Assembly (NCBI GenBank): GCA_051294375.1
Contig: CM119268.1
Location: 21,782,010 to 21,846,009, forward strand
DNA length: 64,000 nucleotides
Reading direction: 5' to 3'
Source: Paraspadella gotoi
Taxonomy: Eukaryota > Animalia > Chaetognatha
A program made the position numbers and the translations under genes. Positions 25,911 through 38,319 of the stretch are shown here, in pieces. The notes under the pieces were generated by a model. That model ran no database searches. It was not told the DNA's origin and saw only the letters and a program-made list of their open reading frames with translations. Numbering within the stretch: the first letter of the stretch is position 1; each line of letters starts with the position of its first letter.

Positions 25911-28900
25911 ACTCATACACGCATTTGTTTGTTTTATTTATGATGAATGATTCATTTCGTCAATGAATGACTATCATCACATCAATGAATGACTATCATC
26001 GTATCAATGAATGATTATCCTCACATCAATGAATGACTATCATCGCATCAATCATTTGGTTATCATCACATCAATCATTTTATCATCGCATTAATATTTA
26101 GTTATCATCGCATCAATCATTTGGTTATCATCGCATCAATATTTGGTTATCATTGAAGGGAGGCTCGATCCTATTCTTTTAAGATTTTTTTTACTGGTTT
26201 AGGAATTTAGAACCATGTTTTCTTCCTCAAGAAAAAATATTCTAAAATTTTGAAACTGCAAAAACTTACCAGCAGATGCCGACTCACTTTGTCTGTCCGT
26301 CGGTCCGCCCCCTCAATCTTGTCGGGCATTCACTTAAATCATGTCAGAACATCGAATTATGATAAATTATGCAAAAAAAAAAAACAACTAAAAACCGATA
26401 TCCGTCCGTCTGTCTGTCTATCTGTCTGTCCGTCCGTCCGTCCGTCTGTCTGTCTGTCTGTCTGTCTGTCCCACCTTAGCAAAAAACACCAATTACTCGT
26501 GATTGGATGGATGGATTGGAATGAAATTTTGTGTGTGTGTAGGGAAGTGTGGGATTGAGCTGGATATGAAGTTTCGATGGAATCGTCCGAGTGGAAATAA
26601 GTTTAAATGGAAAAAACCAAAAAATATATTTTACTATTTGAACACCAATTACTCATTAGTGGATGGGGCAATTGACTTGAAATTTTGTATGTGGGTAGAA
26701 AAGTGTGTGATTAAGCTGGTAATCAAGTTTCGATGGAATCGTTTGAGTGAAAATGATTTTAAATGAAAAAAACAAAAAATCTGTTTCACTAATTGATTAT
26801 GCTTCTTTTTCTTTTTATATTAAATATAAATGCAAGATGTAAAAATTAACCAAAAAATTAATCAATAATCAATTAATCATTCAAAACAAACATTGCGGAT
26901 CAAATTAATTAATTGCCTAATTAATTATTAATTCATTAATTACCGATAATGATCATGGGCAGATCCGACATTGTTTGCTCAAACTTGTTTATATTTATAT
27001 TACTTTAAAGAGTTTTATTTTTATCCAATTAACAGAATCATTTGAAAAGAAAGTTTAAATAAAATCAGTCGATACCCTAAATTTTGATTCTTTCATATTT
27101 TTTTTTGTTATAAATTTTTGTTATAAAAGCTGAAGATCTTTTTAAAATTAGATCTTACCCTTTTTTGGAAAAAAAATTAAAAAGATTTTCTTCTTACCGA
27201 TTTTTTAAAAAAAATTAAGCTAGCTGATTATATCGAATTTTTTAACTACTTTCCCAAATGATTATAGAAGAAAAAGTTATATGGTCAGAACCAGCTTAAG
27301 TTAAAGGGTCAAACGTTATGCTTTCAGCTTTTTACCCCCCCTGGTCACTTGGTCCCCTTAAAAAAAACCTTAATATTTTCAGAAAAAAAGAAAAGCTTCA
27401 ACTAATCCTTTCGTCGACCAAGAAGAAGAATCGAGGTCGAAAGATGGAACCAATCAAAGCTCCAGTCGTTCGAACCAATCAACCGGTGCCGGAATCAATC
27501 GGCGCTCCGACCGATCGAACCAATCAATGAGCGTCGGAACCAAGCACGACTCAATGGATCGAAGCAAGCCCGAGGCCGATCAATCGAACGAGTCGGAAAA
27601 AGTCAGAAACAGTGAAATCGCGGACCAATCAAAATCAATCACAAACAAAACCGAAAATAATTTTGACCAATCAGAAGATTCGTTCGAACAAAAAAGCAAA
27701 AAAGAAGACAACGAATCGAATTTCGAAATTAATAAGACGAAGGATGGGAAAGATCGTCCGCCGCGTCCGAGGAGTAAACCCAAAAGTAAATATAGTTTAT
27801 TTTATATGAATATTCTATTTAATATATTACTATAGTAGGGCATGCTTAAAGTTGTTTCGTTTTCGGATTTTTCTTTTCTCCATTAGTCGTAAGATAAAGG
27901 TGCCCGGTTAGCTCAGTCGGTAGAGCATCAGACTTTTAATCTGAGGGTCAAGGGTTCGAGTCCCTTATTGGGCGTTCGTTTTTGTAACTTTTTTTAGTAC
28001 CCCAAAGTTTATTAATTAATTTTATAAAATTATACATTTTTTTTTTATCAAATCCACAGCGCTTAGCAGTAAATGTGGCGCAGTGGCCAAGCGGTAAGGC
28101 GTCGGTCTCGTAAACCGAAGATCGTGGGTTCGAATCCCGCCTGTGCCTCATAGTTATATATAATTTATATTTATATACTTTTGTTTTAATAGAATATATA
28201 CAATATCTTTCAATGTGGTTTTCCTCTTTTAAATGATCAAATCTCGCTACAGGGTTGCCCTCCATTAAATCATAAATTAAACTACAGAATTATACTCAGC
28301 TAAATGATCAAATCCTACTACAGGGTTGCCCTCCGTTAAATCATAAATTTAAATACAGGGTTTTCCTCATTAAATGATCAAATCTAACTACAGGGTTGTC
28401 CTCCGCCAAATCGGAGGAATACGAACAAGAAAAGAGAAACGAGGATCGAAAGATTTCCTATTCCTCTTCCTCTTCTTTTAAAGAAGGAAAGAAAAAACTC
28501 GAAGATTATTTGAAGGAGAATGAAAAGGTGAGGGATGGAGTGACGGAAGGTAAGTGGCAAAGATAAGAAAAGGAAAAAAAAGGGAAAGAATTAAATAAGA
28601 AAGAAGAGAAAAAGAAAACGATGAAGATATTTTTTTATCCTGTGACTTGTTAGCGGGATGGATGCCTTAAAATAATTTTTATATTGGTTGTACCAATTTC
28701 ATATCCAGTTCAAAGTCAGGGGTAAGACAGCTGATTTATTTAATGAAAGAATAATTTCATAAGAAAGAAGATAACGCAAATGAACTTAAATGAACGCATT
28801 CAAAGTAGAAAGTACTAATGTTACCTAAAATTACTAAAAAAAAAAGAAAATAGTAAACAAAATTGATAAACATTCTACTAATCCTTTTTCCTTTCCTTCT

Positions 28901-31900
28901 ATCCTTTTTTTCCTTTTTACTATCCCCCTTCCCCCCCACTTTCTTCTCCCATCACAGCCATCCCTCTCCCCCACCTACCCACCAATCAAACCCCCACCAT
29001 CTCTACCACCCCCACTCCACCCTCCACCACCTCGATCGACTCTCGATCGACTTCGATCTCACGTCCTCAGTTTCCGAGGATCACGAGGTCTCGTCCTCTT
29101 CGTCGTATTCGTCGCCATCTGGTTGGACAACATGTTGCTCACGACCGTGGTGCCCATCATTCCCGATTACCTCTTGAAGATCAACGCCGCAGACAACGGG
29201 AGCGGCGCTGAGGCGGCGACCGCGGCGGCGACGGCGACGGCGACGGCGGCGGCGGCGGCGGCGGCGACTCCTGGTGAGGAACGCGGCGGTTGCTTACTAA
29301 TGCTTAGTTGTGACTCTAGACGAGACTCAAAGAGGGAAGCTTTTCAGTCGATCTGTCTGCCTCTCTCTAAAAACACGACGCTTTGGATGCTGCGGTTCCT
29401 CCTCTAAGCCAATGGGATTGGCTGAATGATGGTGGATGAGAGGCGGCGTGAATATCCCGCCACATAATCGTCATTATTCTCATTGTTTTCATTTACCAAC
29501 TTAAATATGAATTAAATATTGATAAATATTACGAGCAAATATTGTGAGAAAAAAAGGGAGAAGGAGCCATGACTGATTGAACGCTGGAATGCGTCGTTGT
29601 TGTCGTCGTTGTTGTCGTCGTTGTTCTTATTTTATTTTTCTGGGGTCCGAAGTCCCTTTTTTATGATTTTTATGATTTCCTGATAAAATCCCAAACCGAC
29701 TCAACCTCAATCTTTTGCCAACTCTTGGCCCAATCTCACAACGACTCTTAGCCCAATTTCTTGCCCGCTCTTGGCCCAATCTCTCACCGACTCTTGGCCC
29801 AATCTCTTGCCCGCTCTTGGCCCAATCTCACACCGACTCTTGGCCCAATCTCTTGCCCGCTCTTGGCCCATTCTCTCACCGACTCTTGGCCCTATCTCTT
29901 GCCCGCTCTTGGCCCAATCTCTTGCCCACTCTTGTCCCAATCTCTCACCGACTCTTGGCCCAATCTCTCACCGACTCTTAGCCCAATCTCTTGCCCACTA
30001 TGGCCCAATCTCTCTCCGACTCTTGGCCCAATCTCTCTTTTTCTTCTTTCCTCTTCATAAAAGAATCTTTCTCTCATTCTCGTTTGTTCTCCATTTGTCG
30101 GTCAAATCTGCCCGACAGAGATTCTCTCATTTTGTCGTCCCACACATCCGACACATTTTCGCCCACTGCAGATCGTCTTTTGTCGATGATTCGTTTTCAT
30201 ACAGTTGAATACAGCAAATGATACCGTGAAAAATTATTCGATACCGCACGGCGTAGAGAATTTATTTGAAAACTTCAATCTAGGAAAAGTTGGCAAAACA
30301 ATAATGGAATTCGTTTGTAACTCATCCACTTAGTTATTGATATTTAGGAATTAAGTTGTAGTAAAAAAATTTGCCAGTAAAATATTTGTCATTTTTGCTA
30401 TTAACGAAAAATCTACGATCTATCCATCTTTGCTGAAGAGTTGGGCTACAATTTGTCAGAGAATTACTCCGTTTGAAAACATCCATGAATCATCAGGCGA
30501 GAATGGAACCCACGTCTGAAAATTAAAAGATATTAAAACAAAATAGAAAAGAATATAAGTTTTTTATGAAGTTTCCAAACGAAAAGTCGCCTCTCTTAAA
30601 CATCAACAACAACGACATCTTTCTTTTAGATAATCTGCGCCATCTTCGGTCCCCGCCACCGACGTCGTCGTCGTCTTCTTCCTCCTCTTCCTCCTCCTCC
30701 TCCTCCTCCTACTTCCCTGCGATTGACGACGTTACGTCACGACTTCGTTACGTCGATCGTTCGTCCGATTTCGCCACCAGGAGGCGGAGGGAGAGAGAGA
30801 GGAGAGAGGGAGAGGGGAGGGAGAGAGAGAGGAGAGAGGGGAGGGAGAGAGAGAAGAGAGAGGGAGAGAGAGAGGCGGAAGAAGAGAGAGACGGAGAGGG
30901 AGAGAGAGAGACGAGAGTGCGAAAAAAGCGAGAAGAAGTAAAGAAAAAAGACAAAATCTGGTCTGGTAAGAATACTACTAAAAAAAAATATTAATTAGTT
31001 AATTAGTTTATTTACTGTAATTGATAATTATTATAATTTTTTGTCAGTATTTATAATGGTTTACATTTCTCTTAACTCAAAATGAATATGAGATAATAAC
31101 AATGATTTTTTTTTCACCGCAGACGAAGAGCGAGAGAGAGAGAGACGAAGGAGAATGTATGCCAACGAAAACGTCGAAGTTGCCTTCATGTTCGCCAGCA
31201 AAGCAATCGTTCAAATTATCGTCAATCCTTTCATTGGACCGCTGACCAACAAGATCGGTTACAGGTGAATCATCAATGTATTTATTGTAACGTTAGTAGA
31301 TTACAGGTAAGGTTACAGCAGAGACTGTGTGGGTTTAAGTGATTCACTGATTCAGTGAATTCAGTGATTTTATTTGAGTCGGGGATTAAATACACCTTTT
31401 GCAGAATCTTTTTTTTAGGCCAAGCCCAAAGATCTGGCCTTGAAAATAGTATTGTATGCAATGTCAATTGTATGTATGTCACGAATAAAAAACTGCACCG
31501 AATACCACTAAAAAACTGACTAAAGGTCAGATTTGTTATCATAGCTTATGATCGGACTAATGACTCACATAAACGGGTATCAGATTTTAATAATGGTTGA
31601 CAAGTGAGAAGGCGTTGACTCACTGACTGACAACTACAACTGACTGACTGACTGACGCTGACAACTACAACTGACTGACTGACTGACTGAACAACTACAT
31701 ACTGACTGACTGGACTGACAACTACAACTGACTGGACTGACAACTAACAACTTGACTGACTGACTGACAACTACAACTGACTGACTGACTGACTGACCTG
31801 ACTGACTGACTGACCAAGTCTTTTTTCCTCGTCTCATCATTTCTCGTTTTTTTTTCTTAAGATTCGAAATCAGAAAGAAGATAAAAAATTCTTGATTAAA

Positions 31901-32020
31901 TTAATTTTTTTTACGAAAATAAAGAAGAAAAGTTAATTAAAAGTTATTTACTGCAAAGATTAAAAGTTGTGGACGAGTCGAGCTTTTCAATTGTGTTTGA
32001 GAGAGAGGGGAGAGAGAGAG

Positions 32021-32104
<84 letters not shown>

Positions 32105-34059
32105 GATTGTTTTTAATGAGATTCATAAATAGATTTTGTCCTGATTGCGTCTATTGACATCGCGCATTAGGATTTCTCTTGAAATACAGAATTTTCGCGA
32201 CTCTTTTTTCCCTCTTCCATCTTTTTCTCTTATTTCTCATTTCCCTCTCTCTGCTCTCTCTCCTCCTCTTCCCCACCTCCTCCCTCCCTCCCTGTCTCCC
32301 TGTCTCCCTCCCTCCCTCCACTCCCCACTCCCCAGTGTCCCAATGTTCACCGGCTTCATCATCATGTTCGCCTCGACACTTACCTTCGCCATCGCCGACT
32401 CTTACCCGGTGCTCTTCATCGCTCGCGCGCTGCAGGGAGTTGGGTCGTCCTGCTCCAGCGTAGCGGGTGAGTCCCGTAGGAGTCCAAGCTTAATCCACTA
32501 TGAATTTTTGGTAATTCGCTCCAGTTAGCTAAATTATTACTCGTTTCTATGAGTCGATAACTCAATGGAAAGCGTATCGCTAGCGTATCCGACTAATAAT
32601 CTACGCCTCATGGCTTCCAATCCATTATCGGGCTTTTTTTTGGTAACTTTATCTTTGGGTGTAATTTATACTTCTAAATTCATTGTGCAAAATTATATAT
32701 GGTTTTTAATAAAATCCTGAGCAGCTTTTTACATAGGGGCGCAGTGGCCAAGTGGCAAGGCGTCGGTCTCGTAAACCGAAGATCGTGGGTTCGAATCCCA
32801 TCTGTGCCTTGCATATTCCCCTCTCTTGTTTTATTTTTTGCTAATTTTCTCCACCGTTTTTATCGGTCGAATCAATTTAAAGTAGTAGTGTAATAGTAGT
32901 AGAATAATATTTCCCGATTTTATACTAAAGGGAGTATCCGTTTAATCCTGATAGCAGGACCCTGCAAAACTTTCAATCAAAATTTTCTTCACCTTCTCGT
33001 GTATTAATTCCCAGATCATTGGGCAACAGTTCATCTTAATATAGACTATATTATATTATTATAGTGGTGTGATATTTCTAGGAACTGTTTCGAATTAAAC
33101 AAGAACTTCTCCCTATATGATCTCCCCCACACCCTTGCTACCCCCCCCCCAGGCATGGGCATGCTGGCCGAGCGATATCCCGATGACAAGGAGCGAGGCA
33201 ACGCCATGGGGGTCGCCTTGGGAGGCCTGGCCCTCGGCGTCCTCATGGGTCCGCCCTTTGGTGGCATCATGTATCAATTCTTGGGGAAGACGGCGCCGTT
33301 TCTCGTTCTCGCCGTCCTGGCGCTGTTGGACGGCGCCCTGCAGGTTGTTGTCGTTGTTGTTGTTGTTTTATAGAGGAATTCTACAACGTGGCTTCGATTT
33401 TGCAACTCTTTCTCAATCTGCCTCTTTCACTTTCCCTTCCTTTCTATCTCTTACTCGCTCTTTCTCCCTCTCTCTCTCTTTCCCTCTTTCTCCCTCTTTT
33501 TCTCTCTATCTCTATCTCTCCTTCCCTTTCTTTCTCTATTCATTGTTTCCTCCTTCCTCACTCCTCTCTCTCTCTTTCTCCTTCTCTCTCCCTCTCTCTC
33601 TCTCTCTACCCTCTTCTCCCCCGCTCCAGCTGGTCATGCTGCAGCCCAAGGTGAGTTCCAACGAGATCCAAGGCCCGCCCCTACGAACGCTCCTTTCGGA
33701 CCCTTACATCCTCCTCTGCGCAGGCGCGTTGGCCATCGGGAATGTGGGCATCGCTGTGTTGGAGCCCACACTTCCCATCCACATGTTGGAGGTTATGGAT
33801 GTTAAGCCCTGGCATTTGGGTAAGTTGGGCGAGGCTGGGGTGTGGAAGAGTGGGGAATTTTATTTTGTTCTTTTTTTTATCGATTGAAGAAGGGGGCCTT
33901 TTTAATTATCAAAGTTACTCCGAGACAATGGTTCATCATTATATTTTTGTTAATTTTTTTATAAATACTAATATTAGGGAGTTCTGTAAGTAGATAGAGA
34001 GAGAGAGACAGTGAGAGAAAGTGAGAGAAAAAGAAAGACAGAGACAGAAAGGTGAGAAA

Positions 34060-34098
<39 letters not shown>

Positions 34099-34995
34099 TG
34101 AGAAAAATAATTTAATTTATTCCAAAATCTTTGTTGATTTCAGGAGCGGCTTTCCTTCCGGCCAGCATCTCCTACTTGGTCGGGACCAACATATTCGGTC
34201 CCTTGGCCACCGCAATGGGTCGCTGGCTCTGTTGTCTCCTAGGCGAGTCTCCTTAATCTCATTTACATATTGCAGTAAAACTTTTTTAACTTTCAATTTT
34301 CCAGGCAACGTGATTATCGGAGTCGCCCTCATCACCATCCCTTCAGCGACGAGCCTCTCCGACCTCATCGTGCCCATGGGCTGTTTGGGCATCGCCATCG
34401 GGATGGTCGACTCGTCAATGATGCCGCATTTGGGTGAGCGGGTTGAGGATAAGGGCGGGGATGAAAAGAATGGTGAGGATGTGGTTAAGACAAATAAATG
34501 CTTTCACCCAGGATTACCCCAGGTTTAGGCCTAACGGTGTCCTTTGAATCTTGCCTGTCGATTCGATGTTATTGTCTTCCGTTTTCTTTATATACATAAT
34601 ACATATATGTAAAAATAATGAACTCTTAGGTTTCCTCGTTGACCTCCGTCACGTCGGCGTCTACGGAAATGTCTACGCCATCGGGGATTTGTCCTTCTGC
34701 ATGGCCTATGCCATCGGGCCGGTCATCACTGGGCCCATCGTCAAAGCGGGTGATTGATTGATTTAATGATCGATTTATTTATATATTTATTTATTTATTT
34801 ATTTATTTAATTCTTTCAACACATCTCATTGCTCTTTTGTTCTCTCCTCTAGGTGGCTTTTCAACCGCCCTCTACATCCTCGGTTCCGTCAGCATCATCT
34901 ACGCGCCGCTCATGTTTCTCCTTCGAAATCCTCCGCGCGGCGACGGAGCCGGGGACAAAGCCTTCGGGCCAACGGCGTATAAGAGTTTGGACTGA
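22289..34995 (+). CDS. VMAT: vesicular monoamine transporter (SLC18A1/2-like MFS)
   Basis: Exons: 22289-22345, 27383-27785, 28394-28527, 28958-29273, 30630-30965, 31123-31264, 32336-32466, 33153-33343, 33630-33819, 34144-34242, 34305-34433, 34630-34749, 34853-34995. Motifs: [128 protein letters not shown]. These fit VMAT better than VAChT. The first three exons rest on consistent splice phase only. Confidence 0.93.
23195..23380 (-). mobile_element. non-LTR retrotransposon (LINE) ORF2 C-terminal remnant
   Basis: Minus frame ...[35 protein letters not shown]... resembles the post-RT segment of Jockey/I-type LINEs; truncated by the gap. Confidence 0.5.
23381..23480. other. assembly gap (N run)
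   Basis: 100 Ns. Confidence 1.
23481..23664 (-). repeat. dispersed repeat family A, copy 2
   Basis: Reverse-complement match to 1845-1992. Confidence 0.85.
23720..23767 (-). ncRNA. minimal type I hammerhead ribozyme, Penelope-like
   Basis: Minus strand agacg-CTGATGA-a-ggct-gaacattaca-agcc-GAAA-catg-TC-cgtatct: both core boxes, stem II GGCT/AGCC, palindromic stem III ACATGT, GUC cleavage triplet, short stem I acg/cgt. Confidence 0.7.
25945..26155 (+). repeat. about 22-bp tandem repeat (catcaatgaatgactatcatc)
   Basis: About 9 diverging copies. Confidence 0.85.
26280..26990 (+). mobile_element. non-autonomous interspersed element with (CCGT/CTGT)n core, Helentron/DINE-like (family D, copy 1)
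   Basis: Highly similar inverted copy at 43200-43755; internal ~157-bp direct duplication (caccaattactc...gaaattttgt...aagtttcgatggaatcgt); class assignment is inference. Confidence 0.8.
27902..27974 (+). tRNA. tRNA-Lys(TTT)
   Basis: GCCCGGTTAGCTCAGTCGGTAGAGCATCAGACTTTTAATCTGAGGGTCAAGGGTTCGAGTCCCTTATTGGGCG followed by T5. Confidence 0.97.
28077..28148 (+). tRNA. tRNA-Thr(CGT) copy 1
   Basis: GGCGCAGTGGCCAAGCGGTAAGGCGTCGGTCTCGTAAACCGAAGATCGTGGGTTCGAATCCCGCCTGTGCCT. Confidence 0.96.
28225..28410 (+). repeat. 3x ~71-bp repeat of a VMAT splice-acceptor junction
   Basis: aaatgatcaaatc...ctacag|ggttg[c/t]cctcc at ~28231, ~28302 and ~28372. Confidence 0.85.
29705..30035 (+). repeat. 23-bp minisatellite with two alternating variants (46-bp higher order)
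   Basis: ctcttggcccaatctcttgcccg / ctcttggcccaatctctcaccga, about 14 units. Confidence 0.92.
31615..31815 (+). repeat. (ACTG)n / ctgacaactacaa compound repeat
   Basis: Visible array. Confidence 0.9.
32738..32809 (+). tRNA. tRNA-Thr(CGT) copy 2
   Basis: GGCGCAGTGGCCAAGTGGCAAGGCGTCGGTCTCGTAAACCGAAGATCGTGGGTTCGAATCCCATCTGTGCCT. Confidence 0.95.
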
Positions 34996-35195
34996 TTGGT
35001 TGGAGAGTGAAGCTGGAGGATGATTGGCTGGCAACTGGAATTTGAGGCTGATTGGCTGGAGAGTGAAGCTGGAGGATGATTGACTGGCGACTGAAGATTT
35101 AGACTGATTGGGGAGAGTGAAGGTGGAGGATGATTGGCTGGCAACTGTAATTTGAGGCTGATTGGCTGGAGACTGGAGTTTGAGGCTGATTAAAA
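34988..35195 (+). repeat. tandem tgattggctgg-based repeat beginning at the VMAT stop codon
   Basis: ctgattgg(t/c)tggagagtgaagctggaggatgattggctggcaactg units. Confidence 0.8.
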
Positions 35196-37384
35196 AAAGT
35201 TGAATTTGGTTAGGGTTAGGGTGTCCTGTTGACCAATGGCCAGGGACCGAAATTCAATGTCTAAAGTTTAACGAAAGACAAGCGACTAGAGTTTTGATTG
35301 ATTGGCCGGAGATGAAATAAGACTGATTGTCTGGACATTGGAATTAGAACTGACCAGCCAATGACAAAAGTTTAGTCAAATTGGTTGATTGACGGGCGAC
35401 TAGAGTTTGATATAAATGGCCGTGAAAAAGAAATTTTGGGGAAGTGGGTAGATTAGTTATTAGTTGAAGAAGGGTTTATGAGGTAATATAGCAGGATAGT
35501 TGTAAAACTAACCGACTTGCAGGGATATGAAATAGTACATAGGTGTTATTTTAGACTTTTATTGGTTATTGTTTTCAATGAGCAATAAATTTTATTTGGG
35601 GGTTGACTTAATAGATTATTGAGCTCGATTACAAGTTTAATGCTATGAGTTACTTATTTCATACTAACTTGATTATCGGAATAAAAAAACTTGGAATTTG
35701 AAAACCGAACGTGAAATAAAACAATTATGAAACCATTTGATATGACACATTTGATGAAAAGTCCTTCGACATGAAAGCATTATTATGCTTTTGATATCAA
35801 CTGTTTTAATTTTCATACCTGGACACAATTTTTTTTTTTTTGTAAACATTTGATAGTTTTGCTCGTCTTTGAAGAATATTGTTATCTTGTAATAATAGTT
35901 GCATGTTTATTTTGGTTTAATTTACGTTTAATACCACTGGCACGAAGTTGCATGCGCTTCCCTCTGACAAAACCTATGCACTTTTGTCAGTTTATTTTCA
36001 ATTATCATGAATGAGTACGTACATAGTATTTGCAATAAGGTTAATTTTGATTATTTTGATAATTTTAAACCATGTTTTTAAAACTATATTTGATATAAGC
36101 TGGATACGTTGCCATTATTAATATAAAGAAACATAGAATAGAATATATTTATTATACGTACATATGTGAAATTTTGAAGCCAAACTTTCATTTGACCATC
36201 GCGTTGCACAAAACGTTTGACTTGGATGCAAAATACAATCCTTCCTACATTTATAATTATACTTATAATATCTTCCTTGCCTCGATTAGTTTGTCTCCCA
36301 ATAAATAATTATTTTCTTCGATTTTTCGATTCCGTGAAGCAACAGAAGTCAACCAAGAATTCTATGACAACATTATTTCTATTTATGAGGATTTCTTTTT
36401 CTTGCGACAATAGTAGTTATAATTAGTATACAAACAATTTGACGTTTTCATCTTGGAAACGCGTACTGTAAATATTTTTTTCTTTCTTGTACCTTTCATT
36501 CGAAACAGTGTTGCGTTCACAAATTATCTAATAGTGATTTTTATAATTCAATGTTTGTCGTGATACGGTGATGATAAAAATATTTTTTGGTATCTGAATT
36601 GTGAATGTCTTTTGTAGCCCTCAAAAAAAATCCATTTTGATTCAAAACGATATCTACCTTCGTACGGTTATTAATTAATATACTTCGGGTTTTTTTTTTT
36701 ACATAATATCCTCTTTATTTCCTTTAATTTTTGGTTTAATTTATCTTTTTTTTTCTGAATCTAATCATCTGTGAAAAGCTGACGACGCCGATTGCGATGA
36801 ATACTCAGACATTTTGAATCTAGCGACTCGAAGAGTTCTGAATCCACCGAACTCGTTCGTTGAATGTCGAACGCCGGTAACGATTTTGAATAACATCTCA
36901 TATCGAAAAGTGAAAATTGGCGGCGCGATTGTCAATTTCCGCCGAATGTAAACCAAAAAAAAAAGCCTTTCATTTATATAAACGCCGTACTTGATCCGCC
37001 TCGAACCAAAAGAAAAAAAAACACACAAAAAACCAAAGATACGAATTGGATTCATTGAACTGTTACCACCAATTTACGATTCATAATTGATATTTATAAA
37101 TGTTAGACGAAAACAATAACAGAAAGAAACTTGATTGAATAAATTTTTATATAAAAATCTCGTGTGTAAGTATCTGTTATTGAGAAGAACCACCCAGCGA
37201 TGGAGTTATTGTAACAAAACATTAAATGATTTTAACAATAAACTTAATTATTGATGTTTACAAACGAAACCGAAAAACATGAAAAACGTGGTGCGTATTA
37301 ACGTCAACCGATCGAAATTAAATACAAGAACAAATTAGCATCTCTTGGTTAGCCTCATCGGGGAATTTAAGGACTTGGACCCGG

Positions 37385-37477
<93 letters not shown>

Positions 37478-38319
37478 CCTCCAGGGGTTCCGGAGTAAGC
37501 CTCTACGGAAAAGGCCCAATTATTTCTCTCCTTATAAATTTTCTTTTCTCGTTTGAAATAAATATTTATATTTTGAATTTTCTATTTTTATCTATTCTTA
37601 TATCTCGTACGTAATTTGTCTTGCGCGAACTCGTCGTTTTAGTGCGTCAAGTGGAATTGTAAAGAAATCCATTAATCGCACGATCACTGTGCACGATGTC
37701 CCTTTTTTTAATGCACTGTGCGTGAAGCCGATCTGCATTTATGAAGAAAGATATGCGACACATCAAATTATCTATCGTTTTTTTTTCTTTCCAAAGGTGC
37801 GAGTTTTTCTTAGTCTCGCTTTATCTTTTTTTTTTTAAATGAATCATCTCGAATACATATTTAACGCGTATATATTACGATTCTGATGCAATCGATTAAC
37901 ATTTGTCTCAAATAATTTGTTCAAACATTATCTCTCACAAATCTTGAAATGATTAATTGTTCAATTACAGCGAGATCCAAAAAACACTTGTTTTTTCATC
38001 AGTGCACTTTTTGTCAAATGATTAGTTAGCGCCGTCGCCGTCGGACATTCATATGTTAATTCTTTTTTTTAATACTTAGCTAATCGCATTAGTTCTTTAA
38101 AAAATAGCAAAAAACTATCGCTTTTCGAACTTCTAAACCGTAAGGCGAAACTCAAATAAGAATGTGAAAATAATGAAGGTTGACGAAGCATTTAATTCTT
38201 TTTTCGGTTCACACAAATTCTTGGGAGTTAGAGACAACATTTCTAAAGACGTAGAGAAGAAAATTGACAAAAAAACATTTGTTTCCCCCCGACTCTTAGC
38301 ACAAGGCAAATTGGAGCCA

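Noticed and set aside
29705-30035. CRISPR-like array or repeat-protein ORFs
   Set aside because: Head-to-tail 23-bp minisatellite in an intron; ORFs in all frames are a by-product
22289-34995. Vesicular acetylcholine transporter / cholinergic locus
   Set aside because: Motifs ([22 protein letters not shown]) match VMAT, and no choline acetyltransferase exons are seen around it
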